DNA of 64,000 nt, taken from assembly GCA_951406725.2 (NCBI GenBank), contig OX597821.1:3720001-3784000 (forward strand). The letters are read 5' to 3'. Shown one piece after another: positions 54,940 to 64,000 of this stretch; within the stretch, counting starts at the first letter, position 1; each line of letters begins with the position of its first letter. The stretch comes from Octopus vulgaris (Eukaryota). Under the pieces are notes generated by a model. It was not told the DNA's origin, made no database searches, and saw only the letters and a program-made list of their open reading frames with translations. The translations under genes and the position numbers were made by a program.

Positions 54940-57458
54940 TAGAACTGGACGTAACCCACAACCGGAATATTCCAACAGATTGCCATCCATGCCCGTCACC
55001 AAATAATCAAAAGAAAAAAAAGGAAAAATGGTGTAAGGAACATAATAAAGAAGTTCTTGCGGTCTTCTACCATGCCATATATTTCCCAACAGATAAATCT
55101 AACACTGTACAAATCTACTTAAACTGGAGACAGAAACATCCTGAAGCAAGACCCTACATAGACAGTAAAAAACTTGCCAACGTCAGAAGAAACATTATAA
55201 AAAAACTTACTGACTGAAGTAGAGATTGACCAAATTAAACAAGTGGTAACGGATAAAATGAACGAAACTGCAGCTAAAGAAGATAATACAAAGGAAATAA
55301 TTATAGATCAGGCCAGGGCTGATAAAAACGAAGTAAGGATTGAAAGAGTTAGTATAAGTGATAGGCAAAGTGAAATACTCCCTGAACCAATCATAAACAC
55401 CAAGACAGATGAACATCAAATAGATGAAGAAAGTCACACAAATATTGACCCAACAGAATTACATGAGCTAAAAATTCAAATCATGATTGAATGGCTGAAA
55501 ATTAAAGAAACCAGTATGGATGAACACGATACACTCCCTAAAATTCGCAACTCTAAACAAAACATGAAAATAATTGGTAAAATCCGGCTTGCACTTAAGG
55601 ATATAATTTCAGCTAATGATGTTGATATCACAGATCTCAACCACCTATACTATGCATCCACGAAAATCTCAACGATCCTATGTGGTGAAAAGATTAGAAA
55701 ACGGCAACATTCCCACAAAAAACCTTCTTGGCAAGAGCGTATCCAACAACAAATTAAACTATTTAGATCTGACATTGAATATTTGAAAAACCTTAAGGTT
55801 GACAAGACTACCAAACATACAAAAACCCGAAAATTAATGAAAAAATATAATATGAAAACTATACTTGATATTGATGCCACCATAGAAACTATCAAGCAAA
55901 AGGTATCTGCTAAAGCTGCCCGCATAGCGAGGTATGAAAAGCGTGTTAGATTCTTCAAAGACAACAACATGTCCAAAAATAACCCCAAAATTGTTTACAG
56001 GAAGATAGGAAATACACCAGTTACTGTAAAGTCTGTACCATCAAAAGAAGAAGTGCAGGGATTTTGGAATAAAATTTGGGCAGAAGAAAAAACACACAAC
56101 GAAAATGCCCCCCGGATTGATAGAATATCTACAGAACTGGACTTCTTAGAAGAGCAAAAGTGGGAGGGTGTCAAGGTAGAAGATGTAAGATCTGCTCTCG
56201 GGAGGTCAAGCAAATGGAAGTCGCCAGGAAAGTATAAAATTCCTAACTTCTGGTTGAATGCCTTCCCAGAGAGCCATGAACTGCTAACAGAACTTTACAA
56301 TGATGTTTTGCAACACCCTAGTAGGATGCCTCATTTGCCAGTTAATGGGTTAACATTCCTGCTTCCAGAAAGTGAAGAAACAAATGAACCCAAAAACTAT
56401 AGACCCATAACCTGCTTAACGACTATGTACAAAACACTAACATCTGTCCTGACGGAATATACCTATAGTTTTTTAACAGACAGCAGCATATTCCCTAATG
56501 AACAGAAATGATGTAAACGTGGATCCTATGGTTGTAAAGATCAACTACTCATCAATAAGATGATCTTAGAAGATTGTCACAAACGACACAAAAACTTATC
56601 AATAGACTGGATAGACTATAAAAACGCTTTTGATAGCCTACCACATAGCTGGATTAAGAAATGCCTGGAAATGTATAAGATAGCACCTACTCTGCGAAAC
56701 TTTTTGTCTGTAAGTATGAGATCATAGAGAACCACACTAAATTTGAACAGTGACAATGAATCTCTAAATGCTGGTAAACATTTCATATGGCATTTTCCAG
56801 GGTGACTCACTATCACCATTGCTCAATCACGCGCAGTACGGATATAAAATGTTTGATAAAAATATAAATCATCTCATTTACATGGATGATTTAAAGCTCT
56901 TTGTAAAAAATGACCAACAACTCAAGGGCTTACTAGCGATTGTTAAAAAATTCAGTGATAACATCAGAATGCAATTTGGCCTCGATAAATGTGCAAAAGC
57001 TACCTTTATCAAAGGAAAAATGACAGAAACATCTAACGTTAACCTTGACCAGCAGAATGTCATAAAAAAATTAGACCCAGCGGAGAGCTACAAGTACCTA
57101 GGGGTAATTGAAGGGGACGGAATAAGGCATTCAGTGATGAAGGAAAGGATCAGGAGAGAATCTTATCGCAGAGTAAGAGCAATACTAAAGACAGAGCTGA
57201 ATGCGAGAAACAGGATCGAAGCGATAAATGCTTTAGCCATGCCAGTCGTGACTTACAGTTTCAATATCGTTAACTGGTCAATTACTGAAATATGTAATCT
57301 TGACAGAAAAATACGAAAACTGTTGACAATGCATAGAATGCACCACCCTAAGGCAGATACAGAACGACTTTATTTGCCAAGAAAAGAGGGAGGCCGTGGA
57401 CTTTACAGCTGGCAATAACAATGAAGATTGCTACAATTTTCCTAGACACCTACCTGAA
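54940..57458 (+). pseudogene. R4/Dong-clade non-LTR retrotransposon ORF (N-terminal domain plus reverse transcriptase), disabled and 3'-truncated
   Basis: N-terminus KWCKEHNKEV..WRQKHP..KKLANVRRNIIK; SPG..IPNFWL; NYRPITCLTTMYK; [19 protein letters not shown]; [15 protein letters not shown]; GIFQGDSLSP; HLIYMDDLKLF; FGLDKC; YKYLG; LYLPRKEGGRGL. Stops at ~56509 and ~56725, frameshifts at ~55200, ~56780 and ~57400. The RLE domain is missing. Confidence 0.92.
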
Positions 57459-57622
57459 TTATTAGTACGGCAACTAATGGACTTAATCTTGAAAGCGCTA
57501 CAAAAAATCTGAGGCCCATGTATTGCGGCATCTTACAGTGTTTCAATGCCACCGAGATCCTTTTCGACCAGGGTTGAAAAAAACAAAATATCATTCAAGT
57601 ACTGGACACGAACGTATACCTA

Positions 57623-58033
57623 TTTCTTTACTACCCACGTATACCTATTTCTTTACTAAATATACAAGGAACAAACAAGGAAAGACAAACGGATTAAATC
57701 GATTATATCTATTTCTTTACTACCCACAAGGGGCTAAACAGAGAGAGGACAAACAAGAACAGACAAACGGATTAAGTCGATTACATCGACCCCAGTGCGT
57801 AACTGGTACTTAATATATCGACCCCGAAAGGATGAAAGGCAAAGTCAACCTCGGCGGAATTTGAACTCAGAACGTAGCGACAGACGAAATACTGCTGAGC
57901 ATTTCGCCCGGCGTGCTAAAGTTTCTGCCAGCTCGCCGCCTTAAATTTGAACTTAGAACGGGTAAAGTTTGAAAGATATATCGATAAACATTTCCCGTTC
58001 GGCGTGGTAACAACTTCACCAGCTGGCCACGCT
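57623..58033 (-). mobile_element. SINE family C (57623-57943) with stuttered tail and upstream degenerate head, flanked by a 17-bp direct repeat
   Basis: acacgaacgtataccta occurs at 57606-57622 and 58034-58050. Confidence 0.85.
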
Positions 58034-58661
58034 ACACGAACGTATACCTACGAGCCTAACATAATAGACAACTGTGCCTTGAGCAAATAATGAACTGTTA
58101 TTATATGCAAAAGGCTTTGCACACATATTCATTCTGTTTTCATTAGGAAATCAAGTGCTCCATTATTATGAGTGTCCTTCTATACTTTTAACCTTCTAGA
58201 CAATGATTAGAGGGAAACACTATTTCTATTCCTTTAAGATTCTTGGTGGGGGTGAATCTGCAGACTAATTCCTTGACCCTATGTAATTTTTTTTCATAAC
58301 TATGTTAAATAAATTTTGACTTGACTAACGACAAATGCAATGATTCAAGACAGGATGTGAACAACCAAAATTAAAGTTGTCTGCCTCTCTGGACAATTTA
58401 TCTGAGGCAGGAAATTAAACGCAAATTGAAATACTAGTAAATACTACGGCAATTAATTACAAAATGTTACGCGATAAAATCAACAGGAATATAGAAAACG
58501 AAATGTTCTGAAAGTACTGTAGTTTTAGGAGGTCACAGAATTGTACACGTACACACATTCACACATATGCGCACTCACAAGCACGCAAACACGCACACAC
58601 TCATACGCACGCATACAAACACTCACACACGTTTACCTATATATATATGTGTGTGTATATA

Positions 58662-58747
<86 letters not shown>

Positions 58748-58906
58748 GGAGAATGTTGATATATAAAGTTTAGAAGAACGGCTGTATAACTTTTAATCAG
58801 GCTAGGTTATATCTTATTTTGTTGATATATATATATATAAATATATATATATGTATATATTGTATATGTGTAGTTTATATATATATATATATATATATAT
58901 GAAGTA

Positions 58907-59100
58907 TATGTGTAGGCGGCTGTGTGGTAAGTAGCTTGCTAACCAAAATATCAATCTTTTACTATCACCAGAGCCTTTTTGTAGACGGAAACTGTAAACC
59001 GTCATATATGTTTATATATATAAGTGTGTGTGTATATGTTTGTTTGTCTAGTTTGTCCCTCTAGGTTATAACCCCGTAAGGTTTTACTGAAAAGAATAAG
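58907..59100 (+). mobile_element. Internally deleted SINE family B
   Basis: ggctgtgtggtaagtagcttgctaaccaa..gtagacggaaactg. Confidence 0.65.
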
Positions 59101-59153
59101 TATATATATATATAAACAAGTAAATAAAGAGTATATATATGTATATATATATA

Positions 59154-59185
<32 letters not shown>

Positions 59186-59247
59186 ACCTTATATACGTAC
59201 ATAAATGTATATATATATATATATGTGTTTGTGTATATGTGTGTGTT

Positions 59248-59455
<208 letters not shown>

Positions 59456-60779
59456 AAAGAAGATATATTGATAGTATTTTTATCAAATTTGGGATGATGA
59501 CTGATGGAAAATAAGCAAATTTCAGATTAGCGTTTTATTTTTGAGCCGATCATTCCTTATCGACATTGAAAACCTATTTCGATTATGAAATCAGAATTCC
59601 ATTAGACGCATCAGGAAATTTTTGAATGTTATATTGTAAAGTTTAGAACAGCGGCTGTACTAAGGAAATATCACCTTTTTATCACCGCATTTCATTCTAT
59701 CTAGGTTATATCTTAAGGTTTTGTAATGTGATTTCAGAAGGAAGCCGGTTAATTTTAAGCCTTTCAGCACGTCAGATATCTATAGCTGATGATAAAAAAT
59801 ATTATATTCGACATCCCCCGCAAAGATGGATTTTTGGAGGTGCAGCGTAAAAAAATACCTGAATAAAAGACATATGTTGTATAATACCACATAAACTTCC
59901 ATTATGATGGATATGACTGGATATTCGTGGAAAGGAAGACCGTAAAACATGAGTTTTTGCTCTATGTTATATAAAGCTGTCGTATCATAAATAATCCTGA
60001 CTTCTTTTTGAAAAAATACAGTTTTAACACTTTGAAGGTAAGAAAAGGAATGCTTTAAATAAAATGCATAGATATGACACAAAGAGGGACACACAGACAC
60101 TGCACACATATATGTACGCGTGCCTATGAAGAAGTGTATGTGTATAAATATATGTGCGTGTCTGTGTGTGTGTGTGTGTGTTGCATATTCTGTGTTATCT
60201 CTATATATGCACGTGCCTATGTGCATGTAGGTGTGTGTATGTACTATTTCAACAACACAGAACAAAGCTGTTTTAAGAAATACTTCTTATTTTCCTGAAT
60301 ACCTCCTGAGGAATGTAAAGCCATCATATCAATAAGTCTGGAAATATTGTGTACTCTCTAAAACCACATTACCTACAGGATTATTATGACGTTCCCTTTG
60401 AATTAGTGACCACGTACAAGACAATTTATTTTTCTTTCGTACCGAATGCATATGACGACCACTGATTTCCAAATTAATATAAAATCATTATTTAAATTTT
60501 ATTTCAAATTGTTGTGGGATAACTTAGCCCTCAATCGTAGGGACATTAATTACCGGAATGCGTTTAAGCTGTTCACTGATCATCGCAGGAATTATTCGTA
60601 CCGAATTTGGAAATTGCATCATTTCTTTTCATATCATAATTAGCATATATGTGTGTGACGATTGAGAGCGAGATCCGATAAACATATGTAAGCATACATC
60701 TTTGTCTTTTACATTCAAGAAAATACTTTCGAAATCGTACGTTACGTGAGAGTTTTCAACTCTTGTCTTTGCAGACCAC

Positions 60780-61640
60780 ATCACCTCACAAGTTCAACAC
60801 TACATAACGTTGTGTTACGTTCCACACACACACAATGAATTCTGAATAGTTTCCGATGAAATTTGATTTCATGCAGGATTGTACTTTAGTATCAATGACG
60901 TTGGCACTAGATTTGAGGTTTCTCTAAATATTCCAGTTATTGCCATCAGCCAACGTTTACACGTTGCTTTTTCAGACATTGATCAACATCCAAGTCACCT
61001 CAGATATTCAGTATGTAGATGAAAATGCGACTGTCTGTTGCGAACATCGGGAACCCATAAACCAGTAAAAACTTTCACCAGACCTATTAGCGACTGAGCC
61101 TCACTGTGTATATAAAAAAAAGCAATGATCCTCGCCCTAACTGGCTGAGAATTGATCATCCGAATTTCAATATCACCGTCTCTCTTATACCTACTCGAGC
61201 ATGTTTATTACATTTCCCATCTTAGAACCTTTCAATAATGTGCATGTAATTCTGAATATGACTCAATAATTCCGAACCCATTCTGTGAAATACAAACAAA
61301 GACTTGTCCCTACAGTATTTTCAAACTTGGGGAACGATCTTTTAAAGACAAAGAGCTCTCCCAGAAAGATGCTTGAATCCTCCTCGCAAGACTATAATAC
61401 GGTTGTTAAAACATAGAAACGTTATTTACGCGACATCAATAAGTTGCATTGTTTCTACCAATAAATTCCCCGCAAGTATTAAATAAGAATACTGCATAAA
61501 TGCTAATCTTGAAAATATCCAACTGTCGATGTATATACTCTACTATTATGAAACACCGGATACAATGGTCAAAACATGTTAGAACGTGAAGCAAAGGCGA
61601 TTTAGTCACCGAATGTTCTTCAATAAATTAATCTCAAAAT
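60780..61640 (+). pseudogene. Ancient RTE-clade LINE RT remnant
   Basis: Frame-hopping DIQYVDENA (degenerate YADD), LSLTVYIKK, YGC*/T*KRYLRDINKLHCFYQ*IPRK, ..KHRIQWSKHV. Confidence 0.6.
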
Positions 61641-61737
61641 TACGTTTTCTGCAAATCATAAAATTATTAGATGTACTCAAAGTATTGAAAGAAACTCATA
61701 TATTCTATGTATATTTATAGTATATTTTGTTCTTTAG

Positions 61738-62110
61738 GTCAGCTCAGACAAGACAGGATATATGATGTACAACGGGAGCAGTAACATTAACTTTATATCT
61801 GGAAAATTCTTGAGAAATGTTGACGAATTCACATAACCTGAAGGTAAAATTCGAAGGTAAGATCTGTCCGCAAGTGCTGCTCACGTCCGAATCATCAAAG
61901 ACGGAGTAGCTTTAAATAAATAATCAAATTGCTGTATACCTAAGCTTCCATTGCATTTGAAACGTAATTCCTTTGGTGTAATAACATCACCCTACGGAAC
62001 ACTGTGGTGTATATTTTCTCTGAGAGATTTAAATTGAATATTATTTCATAATTGGTTTTGAACAATAAGATCTGCAGTCGTAGATGTGTAATGTATACTG
62101 GAGCCAGGTC
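61738..62110 (+). pseudogene. Second ancient RTE-type LINE remnant
   Basis: KTGYMMYNGSSNINFISGKFLRNVDEFT..HVRIIKDGVALNK*SN..KLPLHLKRNSF resembles the RTE post-YADD region. Confidence 0.55.
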
Positions 62111-62824
62111 TGATTTTTAACTCTGTCTTATTTGCGTAGAGATCTTACAAGTGTTTCTTTCAATAGAGATATAAATATACAGGTCTTCAGGGAGTTGAAA
62201 TAACAATTTGTATGGTATAATGAATCAATATATTCGGGAGATTGTAAAAGTGGCTGAGTATCATCTAGTCTTGAATTTTAGTCCAACCCACTTCATGCCT
62301 ATAAAATGTAAGTGCGTTCCTGGAGAAAGAAAGTTATTTGGTTGCTATATACTTCATTTGGAATACTAACCATTTGCAATATCATATGGCAGAATACGTT
62401 ACTTTTTTTAGTTATGATTTTTCTGAAGCTGTGTATGGTTATAGACATGTTACCGTTCTTTAGCAGATCACAAAGAGTTGATATTAATACGGATGTTTGT
62501 CTTTGTTTAGCATAGCATAAGAAGAATTTGGAAAATAATTTCGATCTTGTTAACTGACAAAGCTTTACATAGATTCCATTAAGCACCAGTTCAATGGACC
62601 TCATACCTACACACACGCGCGCACACGCTCCCACACATGTAGAGAGAAAGACTAAAAGACAGACTGATAGATAGATTCATTAATAGAAAGATAGATAATG
62701 TGTATATGTATATATAGATATGAATACATGTACACACACACGCACACGTATATATGCATACATACACAGAGACGCACACCATGAAAAACGCACACGCATA
62801 TAAACGTATTTCATCATTTACGCC

Positions 62825-63037
62825 TTTACTTTTTTCAGTCATTTGACTGTGGCCATGCTGGAGCACAGCCTTTAGTCGAGCAAATTGACCCCAGGACATA
62901 TTCTTTGTAAGCCTAGTACATATTCTATAGGTCTCTTTTGCCGAACCGCTAGGTTACGGGGTCGTAAACACACCAGCATCGGTTGTCAAGCGATGCCAGG
63001 GGGACAAATATAGACACACAAACATATACATACATAT

Positions 63038-63098
<61 letters not shown>

Positions 63099-63290
63099 AT
63101 ATTCATATACATAGACATATACATATATACGACGGGCTTCTTTCCGTTTCCGTCAACCAAATCCACTCACAAGGCTTTGGTCGGCCCGAGGCTATAGTAG
63201 AAGACACTTGCCCAAGGTGCCACTCAGTGGGACTGAATCCGAAACCATGAGGTTCGTAAGCAAGCTACTTACCACACAGCCACTCAGCTC
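62825..63290 (-). mobile_element. SINE family B, near full length with internal (TA)n
   Basis: Best-preserved family B copy, with head, core, microsatellite and tail ..aaatgactgaaaaaagtaaagg. Confidence 0.88.
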
Positions 63291-64000
63291 TATGAGATTC
63301 AATGTGCATCCAATAACAGTCTTTCGAGGAATGTGTGTAATGTCCGAATGCTAAACCATATATTCGATGACCAAAACTGTCAATATCATTAGTGAAATGC
63401 CTTGTTTTTGTTCGACTGTATATATTATGCCTTATCTTGGTTGTGTAGCCGTTTATTAATTCGTTTCAACTGACCTCTATCAGTACAGTAAAACTAAAAC
63501 AACTGTCAGTGCAATGACACGTGAGAAGAGTCAGCCAATGAATGTATAGAGTTCACTATAGTAATATTTTATTTCGAAATGGATAAGTGAACGTCCGTTA
63601 TGACTTTTCTATTGATATGTGATTATATTGTTCTCAAATGTCACACCCAATAATTTTCTTTCATCAAATATTTAACACTTACGTTCGATATTGTCTTCGT
63701 ATTTTCTGTTTTATTTCGAAAGAAAAAAAAACCGTAATTATTTTCACACATTATACTTGTATATTGCTTCGTGAAGACACTTCAAAATACAACATGATCT
63801 ACACAAATTGCCACACAGAGGTACACGTTCACATAAATTCAGGTACACAATGAGCGTAAATATAGTTAGGGTGTCCAAACAAAGACACAAATACACGCAC
63901 GCACGTACAAACATATATACGCACATACTGATGTATACACGAATATTTAAATAAATTCATGCATTTGTACAGACACATGCATAGCTGTATAAGATTTTTT

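Noticed and set aside
61738-61863. Apparent exon with tttag acceptor and gtaaga donor
   Set aside because: It has an in-frame stop and translates as an RTE reverse-transcriptase fragment.

Overview
Very AT-rich, microsatellite-dense eukaryotic DNA. The repeat content resembles an octopus or other coleoid cephalopod genome, which is an inference from recalled repeat sequences. I cannot support any intact host protein-coding gene; almost all ORFs in the track are translations of simple repeats. The window is a transposon graveyard. It holds a ~2.5-kb decayed R4/Dong-clade non-LTR retrotransposon plus several Dong 3' fragments tied to (TAA)n tracts, old RTE-type LINE remnants, a mariner transposase remnant, a Tc1-like MITE, Helitron/Helentron-type non-autonomous elements and a Penelope GIY-YIG remnant. 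It also holds at least four tRNA-headed SINE families and a ~555-bp non-tRNA element found only in (TAA)n contexts. The most notable signals are: (i) several hammerhead-ribozyme-like motifs inside fold-back elements, including a tRNA-headed SINE with a Penelope-like hammerhead tail and an inverted 5' copy of that tail; (ii) a (TAA)n-targeted nest of Dong elements with a probable non-autonomous partner; (iii) a tandem CCAAT/CRE array followed by TATA, Inr and a splice donor at ~40.3-40.7 kb. Coordinates are hand-read and approximate.
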